From the IMG/VR virus record IMGVR_UViG_3300044627_003120: 64,000 nucleotides of DNA. The stretch is one strand, 5' to 3'. Under the pieces are notes generated by a model. The model saw only the letters and a program-made list of their open reading frames with translations, was not told the DNA's origin and made no database searches. Source of the stretch: an uncultured virus (IMG/VR IMGVR_UViG_3300044627_003120) (Duplodnaviria > Heunggongvirae > Uroviricota > Caudoviricetes). A program made the position numbers and the translations under genes. Within the stretch, counting starts at the first letter, position 1. Each line of letters opens with the position of its first letter. Of the stretch, positions 15,919 to 25,765 are shown piece by piece.

Positions 15919-16164
15919 ATGACAAGCAGAATAGATAAAATAAAAGAAATAATTGAAAATAATAAAGCATCTAATGTAAGCCCAATGGATTTAATTAATC
16001 CAAATACAGAATGGGCTGATGAAGCAAAGGCTTTACAAAGATATGAAATTTGTAAATCTTGTCCAGAACTAATAAAATTAACAAAACAATGTAAAAAATG
16101 TGGTTGTCAAATGCAATTAAAAACAAAATTAGAATTAGCAGCATGTCCAATTGGTAAGTGGTAA
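15919..16164 (+). CDS. Small Cys-rich protein (DUF6171-like), paralog 2
   Basis: RYEICKSC...CKKCGCQM...ACPIGKW. Confidence 0.75.
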   Translation: MTSRIDKIKEIIENNKASNVSPMDLINPNTEWADEAKALQRYEICKSCPELIKLTKQCKKCGCQMQLKTKLELAACPIGKW

Positions 16165-16165
16165 A

Positions 16166-16747
16166 ATGAAAAAACCATATTTATTAAAAAATGTTTTGCC
16201 AGAACAAGAACATAAAGCATTGCAAAATTTAGCAATGAATTTGTGGGCAACCGATAAAACTACTTTTGACGAAAGTTTTGGAAGACATCAATGGGCTATT
16301 TGGGACGGAACTCATAAAGAAAATACAGAACCACTAAGAAGATTTCATGAAATGCTATTACCATTAGCAAGAGAAGAGTTTGAGTCAGAAACGCTTTTGC
16401 CGTCTTGGTGTCTTATAAGCATTTATGAAGGAGATAAAGCAAGACTGTGGAAGCATAAAGATGATAATGCTTGTACATATCATATAAACTATACAATATT
16501 TCACAAGACTCCATGGGATTTTTATGTTGAAGGTGAAAAATTTCAACCAGAAGAAAATGATGCAGTAATGTCTTATGGTAATGATCAAGAACACTGGAGA
16601 GAAGAGTTTCCAAACCCAGAAACAAATTTGGTTGCTAATGCATTCTTTTTTTATACAGAACCAGACCATTGGTTTTTTACAGAAGGCCCTAAATATCTAT
16701 ACACTGGAATCCGTGCCAAAAAAGATGAGCCAACAGCGAGTATGTAA
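16166..16747 (+). CDS. 2OG-Fe(II) oxygenase
   Basis: HKDDNAC ... EHWRE. Confidence 0.7.
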   Translation: MKKPYLLKNVLPEQEHKALQNLAMNLWATDKTTFDESFGRHQWAIWDGTHKENTEPLRRFHEMLLPLAREEFESETLLPSWCLISIYEGDKARLWKHKDDNACTYHINYTIFHKTPWDFYVEGEKFQPEENDAVMSYGNDQEHWREEFPNPETNLVANAFFFYTEPDHWFFTEGPKYLYTGIRAKKDEPTASM

Positions 16748-16749
16748 TA

Positions 16750-17793
16750 ATGGGAAGTATATTTTATCAACTTTATCAACCATGCGGTTTGTTTAATCAG
16801 ATAACAAGTATAGAGATTGCAGTTGGTTTATCTAGTAGATATAAAAAACAGTTGGTATTTCATAATATAAGTAACCCTCCAAATGGAGACTATAACGGTG
16901 CTAGAGTTCCAATATATTCTGCAAATTATAAATTTAACGAAAGAAGCCATTTGATTGATTCTAATATTTTCCCTAATATTACAGATTTGATAGATTGGGA
17001 AAATAAAGAGTGTAATATTTTTATAAACGACACAGTAGAAACTTTTACGCATGAAGATTTAAGAATTGAAAATTTAATGTTGCACTATTCTGCACCATCA
17101 GATACATATAAAGATGAAGAGCATGATTTTGCAGAAGGTAGGAAAAGACTATTTTTAGATAATTATGAAAACATTCATTTAAAAAAAACATTAGGATATT
17201 ACAGCAGATTCTTTTTTGATCGTGATAAAGATTTAGATAAGAGTCTATCCTCTGTACGATTTAAGCCAGAATATTATCAGTTAGCAGAAAAAATAGCAAA
17301 CTCTATTGGAGTTTTTAATGGCTCACATTTTAGATTAACAGATCACAAGGGAATGTTTGATCCAGATAGCAATATTTTAGATTCTGGAATAAGCAAAATA
17401 GATAATGGTTTGCCAATTGTAATGTGCACAGACCAGCCAGACAGTGAACTAATAAAAAACTCTTCTTACAACTATCTATTGCTAGATGAATACATACTAA
17501 ACAACTTTCACAAAGAGTTTAGAGAGTTTAAGTTTAAGGAAGAAGTTTCTTTTGGAATCTTAAATAACCTTGTAATGCACTACAGCCAAGAGTTTATCGG
17601 AAGCCCAGGAAGCACATATACTGGATATATTCACAGAGGTTTAAATCAAAAAAGAGATATACAATGGAGAATATTCGGGGAAGAAGAGCATTTGCAGAGC
17701 GGTCCATACTCTTGGAATGGATACAGTAATAAAGATAGTTTTACAAAACAATGGTGGAGAGAGTGGGAGGAGTCAAGGCTATGTACAATATAG
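16750..17793 (+). CDS. O-fucosyltransferase-like glycosyltransferase (GT-B, GDP-sugar donor)
   Basis: GLFNQ, HFRLTD, CTD, FIGSPGSTYT motifs of the POFUT/GT23/GT68 clan. Confidence 0.7.
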   Translation: MGSIFYQLYQPCGLFNQITSIEIAVGLSSRYKKQLVFHNISNPPNGDYNGARVPIYSANYKFNERSHLIDSNIFPNITDLIDWENKECNIFINDTVETFTHEDLRIENLMLHYSAPSDTYKDEEHDFAEGRKRLFLDNYENIHLKKTLGYYSRFFFDRDKDLDKSLSSVRFKPEYYQLAEKIANSIGVFNGSHFRLTDHKGMFDPDSNILDSGISKIDNGLPIVMCTDQPDSELIKNSSYNYLLLDEYILNNFHKEFREFKFKEEVSFGILNNLVMHYSQEFIGSPGSTYTGYIHRGLNQKRDIQWRIFGEEEHLQSGPYSWNGYSNKDSFTKQWWREWEESRLCTI

Positions 17794-18419
17794 CGCAAGT
17801 TTTAGGAATACATGGGCTAAAACCAAAAAGTGTTATTCATGTTGGAGCACATATTGGTCAGGAACTGTCAATGTACAAAGATATCGGAATAACTAGTGGA
17901 ATTTTTATTGAAGCAGACCCAACAGTATACAAAAGATTGGAAGAGTATCTTGTTTGTGAACCAAACTGGAAAGCAATAGAGGCTTTAGTTTCAGATACTC
18001 AGGATGTTGAGGTAGATTTTTGGGTATCGAGCAATGATAAGATGAGTTCTAGCCTATTGGAGCCAGGATTACATTTGACAGAGCATCCAGATGTTAAATT
18101 TGATTCTCAGCCTATAAAAATAAAAACAAAAACTTTGGACTCATTATCTCTAGGAAAGTTTGATCTAGTTGTAATGGATGTCCAGGGTGCTGAACTAAAA
18201 GTCTTGTCTGGTGGCATTGAGACTTTCAAAGATGCAGATGCTTTATGGCTTGAGGTTGCCCTAGGTGGTCTTTATAAGAATGACTGCAGCATTAACGACC
18301 TGTCAGAATTTTTAGCACCTTTTGGCTTTTATCCAGTGTATGTTATTATTGGAAGTACAATGTGGGGGGACGCTCTTTTTATAAAGAAAGAGACACTAAT
18401 TAAAAGGAGACAATTGTGA
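17781..18419 (+). CDS. FkbM family methyltransferase
   Basis: HVGAHIG, IEAD, TLD, MDVQGAELKVL. Confidence 0.85.
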   Translation: MYNIAQVLGIHGLKPKSVIHVGAHIGQELSMYKDIGITSGIFIEADPTVYKRLEEYLVCEPNWKAIEALVSDTQDVEVDFWVSSNDKMSSSLLEPGLHLTEHPDVKFDSQPIKIKTKTLDSLSLGKFDLVVMDVQGAELKVLSGGIETFKDADALWLEVALGGLYKNDCSINDLSEFLAPFGFYPVYVIIGSTMWGDALFIKKETLIKRRQL

Positions 18420-19450
18420 TGAAAACAGCACTTGTATTAGGGGCAGGCGGTTTTATTGGAAGTCATATGGTAAAGCGTTTAAAGTCAGAAGGATATTGGG
18501 TTCGTGGTGTTGATTTAAAACATCCAGACTTTTCTGAAACACAAGCAGATGAATTTATAGAAAGAGATTTATCTGTATATGAAAATGTTGAAAAAGTAAT
18601 TCAATTTAAAGGATATCAGGGAAACTTTTATCATGAAGTTCCATATCGTGTTATAACTTCTTTTGATGAGATATATCAATTTGCAGCAGACATGGGTGGT
18701 GCTGGATATATCTTTACTGGAGATAATGATTCTCAAATTATGGAAAACTCTGCTTTGATAAATCTTAATCTTCTTAGGGCACAATCAAGATTAAATGCTA
18801 AATATGATATTAACAAGACAAAGATTTTTTATTCAAGTTCTGCCTGTATGTATCCTGACCATAAGCAGTTAGATGTAAATAACCCTGGACTTAAGGAGTC
18901 TGACGCATACCCTGCAGACCCTGACAGCGAGTATGGGTGGGAAAAACTATTTAGTGAGAGAATGTTTTTAGCATTTAATAGAAATAATAAGATCCCAGTA
19001 GCAATTGCAAGATATCACAACATCTATGGACCAGAAGGAACTTGGGATGGTGGAAAAGAAAAGGCTCCTGCAGCAATGTGTCGAAAAGTTATACAGTCAG
19101 ATGGCTTTATAGAAATTTGGGGGGATGGAGAACAAACCCGTTCATTCCTATATATAGACGAATGCATAGAGGCAACAAGAAGGCTTATGAAGTCAGACTT
19201 TACTGGACCAGTTAATATTGGGTCTGAAGAAATGGTTACTATAAATCAGTTAGTTGATATTGCCTGTAGCGTTGAAGGAAAGACTTTAAGTAAGATGCAC
19301 ATCCCAGGACCTTTAGGGGTTAGAGGAAGAAACTCTCAGAATGATTTAGTAAGAAAAGAATTAGGCTGGGACTATTCTATGACCTTAAAAGAAGGAATTG
19401 AAAAAACCTATCTATGGATTAAGGGTCAAACAGAAAAGCCCCAGCACTAA
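18416..19450 (+). CDS. NAD-dependent epimerase, GDP-mannose 3,5-epimerase-like
   Basis: GAGGFIG, AADMGG, SSACMYP, YGWEK, EKAPAAMCRK, GVRGRNS. Confidence 0.85.
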   Translation: MMKTALVLGAGGFIGSHMVKRLKSEGYWVRGVDLKHPDFSETQADEFIERDLSVYENVEKVIQFKGYQGNFYHEVPYRVITSFDEIYQFAADMGGAGYIFTGDNDSQIMENSALINLNLLRAQSRLNAKYDINKTKIFYSSSACMYPDHKQLDVNNPGLKESDAYPADPDSEYGWEKLFSERMFLAFNRNNKIPVAIARYHNIYGPEGTWDGGKEKAPAAMCRKVIQSDGFIEIWGDGEQTRSFLYIDECIEATRRLMKSDFTGPVNIGSEEMVTINQLVDIACSVEGKTLSKMHIPGPLGVRGRNSQNDLVRKELGWDYSMTLKEGIEKTYLWIKGQTEKPQH

Positions 19451-19451
19451 T

Positions 19452-20015
19452 CTACTTAGGGAATTTAGACATCCAGAACTTAGTTCTTGGAGTAATGCCT
19501 TTCCAGGCAGTCCAGTTTTCTCCACCATCAGTCATATGGTGTGCAATTTGTGCATTTAAAACTGGGTTAAAAAGTTCAGCATTTGCAGATAACTCAAACT
19601 TGTCTCTACGATCAGGACCAAGAGAGTCAATCATATTGATTTGGAATATTCCGTATGAGGAGTCTCCAGTGCTTTCGTTTCCGTTAAAAGCCAATGGGCG
19701 ACCATTAGACTCTTTCTTTGCTACAGCCCAAGCCTCAACAAGGTTCTGGCCCTTAAATCCAACCAGGGATAGCATTTTCTTTAGTTCTAAGTCAGTAAGA
19801 GATGTCTTGTTTGCAAAACTCTCCAACATTTTTTCCTTAGAAACCAAAAAAACCTCTTTCGAGGTTGTGTCTGATGTCTGAGCCTGTTCAAGGCTAAGAT
19901 TGTTCTTTGTATCAAGATCTGAAATAGCATTAGCAGAGTTTGACAAAACCGTTACTAGTGCTACGATACTGAGTGTGCTAATGATCTCTTTGTTTCTTTC
20001 GATAAATTTAATCAT
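19452..20015 (-). CDS. Lysozyme-like / SLT transglycosylase with N-terminal signal or anchor
   Basis: KESNG, SYGIFQINM, LFNP..NA, W.AW; AAGGAGG RBS before ATG 20015. Confidence 0.8.
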   Translation of the reverse strand: MIKFIERNKEIISTLSIVALVTVLSNSANAISDLDTKNNLSLEQAQTSDTTSKEVFLVSKEKMLESFANKTSLTDLELKKMLSLVGFKGQNLVEAWAVAKKESNGRPLAFNGNESTGDSSYGIFQINMIDSLGPDRRDKFELSANAELFNPVLNAQIAHHMTDGGENWTAWKGITPRTKFWMSKFPK

Positions 20016-20146
20016 AGTTTCCTCCTTAGAAAACAATAACACCTTGGTAGGTGTTACTACCAAGTATAACATAATTTTAAGCCAAAAGTCAAATTTGAGC
20101 ATAATCTGACTTAGATGTGATAAAATTAGAATATAAGGGGAAATCT

Positions 20147-20605
20147 ATGTATGCACTTGTAGTAAAAAATAGTCAAAATACTTGGGATGTTTGGAAGACA
20201 CTTCCTACTATTCCGTTTATTGAAAGAGAAGAAAGACTTCAGGCTGCAATTAAAAGCGGGATGCCAATAATTGGAAAAAATGTAACAGAATATAAATCCT
20301 TTGCCAAAAGTGGTGCTGTTTGGGATGGTAAAAATTTTTCAGGTGGCGAAATTGGAAAAATAAAATCAGGTGCTGGAGAGGTTTTTGAAAAAATAACAGA
20401 AGACACACCATTAAGTATCTATGCATACCTATGTAATGACGTTATTGTACTTTTGCAGTTTGGAGACACAGGAACAGAGTTTGATAGCCTACTTCAGGCA
20501 ATTTTTGAAAGTGAAACAACTGTGATTAATATACCAGAAGGACAGACAGCAAATCCTGGAGATGTTTGGGACGGAACAAACATAATTAAAACAGGTAGGT
20601 CCTAA
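20147..20605 (+). CDS. WDG-motif protein, paralog of 29316-29753 (fibre-associated)
   Basis: MYALVVK..WDV...GAVWDGKNFSGG...WDG. Confidence 0.65.
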   Translation: MYALVVKNSQNTWDVWKTLPTIPFIEREERLQAAIKSGMPIIGKNVTEYKSFAKSGAVWDGKNFSGGEIGKIKSGAGEVFEKITEDTPLSIYAYLCNDVIVLLQFGDTGTEFDSLLQAIFESETTVINIPEGQTANPGDVWDGTNIIKTGRS

Positions 20606-20610
20606 AACTA

Positions 20611-20838
20611 ATGTCAAAGTGGGAAGAGTGGAAGTCGTCTTTAGGAGAAACAAGGCCATGGCATTTACTGGATCCAAACCAATATGTACAAGACGAGAGC
20701 ATATCTATTCAAAGGCTTTCTATTTGTCATGTATGTCCAGAATTTATTAAAACAACAAATCAGTGCAAAAAATGTGGGTGTATAATGAGTTTAAAGTCAA
20801 AACTAGAAAAGGCAACTTGCCCGTTAGGAAAATGGTAA
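20611..20838 (+). CDS. Small Cys-rich protein (DUF6171-like), paralog 3
   Basis: RLSICHVC...CKKCGCIM...CPLGKW. Confidence 0.75.
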   Translation: MSKWEEWKSSLGETRPWHLLDPNQYVQDESISIQRLSICHVCPEFIKTTNQCKKCGCIMSLKSKLEKATCPLGKW

Positions 20839-21434
20839 TGAAAAAAAGAACACTAGCACCAGGAATTGTAATATATTCAGACGTAATAGATGATCATGAG
20901 TCTCTTATAGATGAAATTGAAAAGGGCGTATCTAAAAACTTTGATGCCTGGTATCCAGCAACGGCAATAATAAACGGACAAGATGTTCCAGAAAAGACTA
21001 TAAGAGATACCGATTCTTTGTATATTGAGTATCAAGATCATATTGTTAACAATACCATGCATGAGTACTATGAATTTAAAGCAAAACTATCAAACACTTT
21101 TTTGTTGGGATTTAAAGATTTAGAGTTAGACTACAAAAAAGAATATAATATAGGCACAGAATGGCACGATTCTTATGGTATTTTAAAGTATGGTCCAGGA
21201 CAAAAGGTAGTTAACCATATAGATGATAACCATAAGTACCATAGAAGAATCTCTACTGTCTATTATTTAAACGATAACTACTCTGGTGGAGAAATTACAT
21301 TTCCAAGATTTGACATAACCTACAAGCCAGTAGCAAACGAGTTTTTAATATTTCCATCAAACTATGTATATAACCACTCAGTCATTCCAGTAACAGAGGG
21401 AATAAGATACTCTGTAGTCAGTTGGCTACGATGA
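20838..21434 (+). CDS. 2OG-Fe(II) oxygenase, prolyl-4-hydroxylase-like
   Basis: HID, YLNDNYSGGEI, FPS, HSV.PV..G.RYS. Confidence 0.85.
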   Translation: MKKRTLAPGIVIYSDVIDDHESLIDEIEKGVSKNFDAWYPATAIINGQDVPEKTIRDTDSLYIEYQDHIVNNTMHEYYEFKAKLSNTFLLGFKDLELDYKKEYNIGTEWHDSYGILKYGPGQKVVNHIDDNHKYHRRISTVYYLNDNYSGGEITFPRFDITYKPVANEFLIFPSNYVYNHSVIPVTEGIRYSVVSWLR

Positions 21435-21470
21435 CAAAGCCATCAAATCTGGGTGTATAATAATTTTACT

Positions 21471-21995
21471 ATGACTACATATGATTTTTCTGCCACTGGA
21501 GTTAAATATCCCCTTGAAAACTCTCCTGTAAATGTGCATGGAGATTTTAAGAAATTAGCAGAATCCCTTGATGCAATTCTTCCAGCATATGGTGTGTCAT
21601 ATTTTCAGATTGATATAAATAATAATAGCGGAGCAACAATTAATGCAGGAGTCCCAGTTTACGCAACAAACGGGAAAATAAATGGCAAGGTTACAATTGC
21701 AAAAGCCCTTCCATCAACAACTGCCCCAATATTGGGATTACTAAAAAATAATACAGCAAACAACTCAGACGGAATAGTTGTAGTTGCTGGGGTTATGGAA
21801 GGCTTAAACACTTCAGGCTTTGCTGCAGGACAAACACTTTATGTAGGAACATCTGGAGGACTAACAAATGTTAGACCGTCAGGCGGATCAGCAGCAGTTG
21901 GAATTTGTGCTGTTGCAGACAATGTTAATGGGATAGTGATTGTAGAGGCAAAAGGAAACGGTACCTGGGGAGCACTCAGAGACGGTTTGTCGTGA
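21471..21995 (+). CDS. Minor virion protein (cement/fibre-like)
   Basis: Gly-rich beta pattern GQTLYVGTSGGLT; structural context. Confidence 0.55.
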   Translation: MTTYDFSATGVKYPLENSPVNVHGDFKKLAESLDAILPAYGVSYFQIDINNNSGATINAGVPVYATNGKINGKVTIAKALPSTTAPILGLLKNNTANNSDGIVVVAGVMEGLNTSGFAAGQTLYVGTSGGLTNVRPSGGSAAVGICAVADNVNGIVIVEAKGNGTWGALRDGLS

Positions 21996-22007
21996 TATAA
22001 TAAACAA

Positions 22008-22418
22008 ATGGCAACTTTAAGAGGATCTCAATCATTATATAATATAGGTAATCCACCACCAACAGTTATTTGGACTGTAGTTCGTGGAGATACATCTGGA
22101 TTCAAGGTTTATGTAACAGACGATGCCAAAGAGCCTTTGATCTTAAAAGGTCCTGAATCTGAATGGGATATTGCAATGAAGATTAAAAGACCCACTTCAA
22201 CTCCTGGAGTAATTACAGATGATGCTACAACAATAATGGCTTTACATCCAGTTGCAGATGAAGACGACCTTGTTGGAGAGTTTACAGTTTGGCTTACAGC
22301 AGAAGAATCTAATGTCTTACAAACAGGAGACATCTTTGATATTCAAGTCTCAGACCCAACAAGAGTTTGGACAGTTGCTCAGGGTAGCATGAGAATTCTT
22401 GAAGATGTAACAGATTAA
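22008..22418 (+). CDS. Minor virion protein, RGDT paralog 3
   Basis: WTVVRGDT...FDIQV...GSMRILEDVT. Confidence 0.65.
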   Translation: MATLRGSQSLYNIGNPPPTVIWTVVRGDTSGFKVYVTDDAKEPLILKGPESEWDIAMKIKRPTSTPGVITDDATTIMALHPVADEDDLVGEFTVWLTAEESNVLQTGDIFDIQVSDPTRVWTVAQGSMRILEDVTD

Positions 22419-22642
22419 TGGCAACATCAGTAATTCTTGATGACCTACAAAATAAGACAGAGCGAATCTTTCCAATAGATTATTCAGAAGTTAAGATAGA
22501 AGACTTTACAAGAAAAACAGTTATAACTGAGGTTTTGCCTTTTAGAGTTAAGTTTACAGCCATTCAAATTGTGGCTATTGGTTTGGGAAATACCCCAGCA
22601 ATTCCTCTGCAAGTTATTGGCTATAGCAACTATATTCTCTAA
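22418..22642 (+). CDS. Hypothetical protein
   Basis: 74-aa coupled ORF. Confidence 0.6.
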   Translation: MATSVILDDLQNKTERIFPIDYSEVKIEDFTRKTVITEVLPFRVKFTAIQIVAIGLGNTPAIPLQVIGYSNYIL

Positions 22643-22675
22643 TAGTATTATTAAAAGGGATGATATAATCTCTAC

Positions 22676-23122
22676 ATGGCTAAAATATCAATTCCATCAG
22701 TTAAAAGTCTATTTCAAACAGGTGATAGACCTACTCAAGAAAATTATGAAGATTTAATTGATACCGTCGCAGCACAGGCAACAGACCTTGGCTCAGCAGG
22801 TAACAATGAAAACACAATCAACGGTATTGAGAACGTAACTGTTATTGATAACTTTGATGCTACAGTTTGGCGTATGGTTAAGTATATTGTTTCAATATCA
22901 AAGACCACAGCAGGGGACAACAAGTTCTATGCAACCGAACTAACAATTCTCGTTGACGGTACAAATGTAAGTGTCAGCGAATACGGAACAATCGACAATG
23001 ATGGGAATATTGGCACCATTAATGTCTCTCGCACTGGAAATACCGTGGCCCTAACAGTCACTCCAGATAATGCGATCAAGCCAGTCACAGTTCGTTACGC
23101 ACGAATTGGACTTAAGGCATAA
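22676..23122 (+). CDS. Fibre-associated virion protein
   Basis: FQTGDRPTQENYEDLID; C-domain resembles the C-terminus of 23140-25218 (KY...TE...EYGTI). Confidence 0.65.
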   Translation: MAKISIPSVKSLFQTGDRPTQENYEDLIDTVAAQATDLGSAGNNENTINGIENVTVIDNFDATVWRMVKYIVSISKTTAGDNKFYATELTILVDGTNVSVSEYGTIDNDGNIGTINVSRTGNTVALTVTPDNAIKPVTVRYARIGLKA

Positions 23123-23139
23123 CTAAGGAGATATAAAAA

Positions 23140-25218
23140 ATGGCAACAGTAAATAAAGATTTTAAGATTAAGAGTGGTCTCGTCGTTGAAGGTACAACAG
23201 GTACAATCAATGGTTTAGACATTCTTACAAAGAAGCAAGCAGACCAAGATTACATCGTTGGTCTTATTGGTGGTACAGCAACATCTGCTAACACACCAAA
23301 CACAGTTGTAAAGCGTGATGCTAACGGTAACTTTGCTGCAGGCATAATTACGGCAAATATTACTGGTAATGTAACAGGTGATGTAACTGGTCAAGTATCA
23401 GATATTTCAAACCACGATACAGACGATCTTGCTGAAGGTTCAAGACTATATTTCACAAACCAAAGAGCACTTGATGCAACTAACGCTGCATACGATGCAG
23501 CAGGAACTGCAGCAACAGAAGCAGGAAATGTAGCACAAGATCTTACAGATCACGAGAACCTAACTTCAGGAGTACACGGAGTAACTGGTTCAGTAGTTGG
23601 AACAACTGACACACAAGATATTTCAAATAAGAGAATAATTGATACACTTTACTTTACAGATGGTGTAACAGTTAATAATGAAGCAGAAATTGAAGTACAG
23701 GCTGGAAGCCACGTATTTAATGTTCAGGCCAACTACGGAGACCTTAATCTTAAGGCAGTAGCAACAAATGCTAGTGTTTATGTAATCTCAGAAGATGCAG
23801 ACATTGTTCTTACAGCAGATGGTGGTTCATACATTGGAACAGTTGCAGCAGAAAATGAAATTGCAACTAAGGGATACGCAGATGGTGTAGCAGGAGATGT
23901 TGCATCAGATTTGTCAACACACGAACAAGCAACAACTGGTGTTCATGGCGTAACTGGAAATATCGTTGGAACAACAGACACACAGACACTTTCTAATAAG
24001 ACACTTGGTAGCGACCTTGCTGCTGGTGGATATAAGGTTTCAGGTCTTTTGAATCCTTCAGCAAACCAGGATGCAGCAACAAAGTCATATGTTGATACAG
24101 CAGTATCAAACCTAATTGGTGCAGCACCTGAACTTCTTGACACTCTTAACGAGTTGGCACAAGCAATTGGTGATGACGAAGACTTTATTGGAACAGTTAC
24201 AGCATCAATTGGTGAAAAGGTAGCAAAGGCTGGCGACAGTATGTCTGGCAACCTTGACTTTGGTGGAACAAGTAAGGTAACAAGCCTTGCAGCACCAACA
24301 AACTCAGGCGATGCAGCAAACAAGAACTATGTTGATACAGAGATTTCAAATCTTGATACAGCAGCACAGGGTTATGCTAACACAGCAGAAGACGATGCTA
24401 AGGCATACACAGATCTTCGTGAGATTGCAATAACAACTGCTTATGAATTATATGCAGATACAGCAGAAGCAGATGCAAAGACTTATGCAGATGGTTTAGC
24501 AGTAAACTATGATGCATCAGGTTCTGCTTCAGCAGCACAGACAGCAGCAGAAGGTTTTGCTACTGGTCTTAACAATACAACTAATGATCGTATTGATGAC
24601 CTTACAACATCTGATATTCCAGAAGGCTCAAACCTTTACTTTACAGATTACGCAGCAAAGACTTCAGCAGTTGATCTTTTGACTAATGCTACAAAGAATA
24701 ATATTGAGATTACTTGGAGCAATCCAACAGGTCTTGTTATTACCGCCGAAAACGGTGTAGCAGATTCTACAACAACTGATCTTGCAGAAGGTACAAACCT
24801 TTACTTTACAGATGAAAGAGCCCTTAGTGCAATCAGTGGCGAAAATATTCAACCACAGTCAATTGACATCACATGGGTTCGTCGTGAAGAAGCAACTTGG
24901 ACAGATGTCGCAACTGCTTCAAAGGCTACCTGTCACTCAGCAAGCACAAGCGAGGGAAGCATGAAGTACCTTGTTCGTGTAACAGCATCAGTTGGAGGAA
25001 CTCGTCACTCACATGTTACAGAAGTTCTTGCAACGGTCGATGGTGCAAATGGAGTAGCAGTTGTCGAATACGGCACAATCTACACATCAGCAGAACCACT
25101 AGCAACTGTAACAGTTGAGTGGAATGCTTCAACATCAAAGTATGACCTAAATGTAACTACAGCAAATAACTCTTCAGAGGTTATGGTTGCAGCAACATTG
25201 ATGGCAACACTTGACTAA
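23140..25218 (+). CDS. Long fibre protein
   Basis: EGxNLYFT, VHGVTG, DAATKxYVD, LDTLNELA fibre repeats. Confidence 0.75.
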   Translation: MATVNKDFKIKSGLVVEGTTGTINGLDILTKKQADQDYIVGLIGGTATSANTPNTVVKRDANGNFAAGIITANITGNVTGDVTGQVSDISNHDTDDLAEGSRLYFTNQRALDATNAAYDAAGTAATEAGNVAQDLTDHENLTSGVHGVTGSVVGTTDTQDISNKRIIDTLYFTDGVTVNNEAEIEVQAGSHVFNVQANYGDLNLKAVATNASVYVISEDADIVLTADGGSYIGTVAAENEIATKGYADGVAGDVASDLSTHEQATTGVHGVTGNIVGTTDTQTLSNKTLGSDLAAGGYKVSGLLNPSANQDAATKSYVDTAVSNLIGAAPELLDTLNELAQAIGDDEDFIGTVTASIGEKVAKAGDSMSGNLDFGGTSKVTSLAAPTNSGDAANKNYVDTEISNLDTAAQGYANTAEDDAKAYTDLREIAITTAYELYADTAEADAKTYADGLAVNYDASGSASAAQTAAEGFATGLNNTTNDRIDDLTTSDIPEGSNLYFTDYAAKTSAVDLLTNATKNNIEITWSNPTGLVITAENGVADSTTTDLAEGTNLYFTDERALSAISGENIQPQSIDITWVRREEATWTDVATASKATCHSASTSEGSMKYLVRVTASVGGTRHSHVTEVLATVDGANGVAVVEYGTIYTSAEPLATVTVEWNASTSKYDLNVTTANNSSEVMVAATLMATLD

Positions 25219-25258
25219 GTTCTAAAAAATAAAAAATAGTTGGAAGAAGGAGTAGTAA

Positions 25259-25708
25259 ATGGCAACAGTCGAAAAAGACTTCAAAGTCAAGAATGGATTA
25301 GTCGTTACAAACGGCGGTACATTCGGAGATGCAGTAACAGTAGGAGCACCAACTCTTAATGCACATGCAGCAACTAAGGAGTATGTCGATAGTCGTTCAA
25401 TGGCCGTAGGCACAACTGCTCCTTCTTCACCAACTAACGGAACACAGTGGTTAGACACTCTAACAAACAGAGTTAATTTTTATTACGATGGAACTTGGTA
25501 TACCCAAGCAACTATCGATGATACAAATAACTTACCACAGCACATTCACGATACCGCAATTGATGGAACTGGTTTCATAGTATCTCAGTTCTATGAAGGT
25601 GGATCATTCAACAGCCCATTGGGTGTAGGTTTGGATGCAGGTGGACCCTCTACAACAGAGTGGACAGTTGTATTCGATGGCGGTAGTGTAGTAGATAACT
25701 TCAATTAA
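25259..25708 (+). CDS. Short fibre-related protein
   Basis: N-terminus MATVEKDFKVKNGL shared with 23140; HAATKEYVD. Confidence 0.65.
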   Translation: MATVEKDFKVKNGLVVTNGGTFGDAVTVGAPTLNAHAATKEYVDSRSMAVGTTAPSSPTNGTQWLDTLTNRVNFYYDGTWYTQATIDDTNNLPQHIHDTAIDGTGFIVSQFYEGGSFNSPLGVGLDAGGPSTTEWTVVFDGGSVVDNFN

Positions 25709-25765
25709 AACAGGGGTTATAATAAGATAAGTTAATGGGCAGCCCCCATAAGGAGAAATAAAAAT

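Noticed and set aside
20036..20068. Alternative hairpins upstream of the transglycosylase as a riboswitch
   Set aside because: One arm overlaps the promoter-to-TSS interval so is probably not transcribed; single instance
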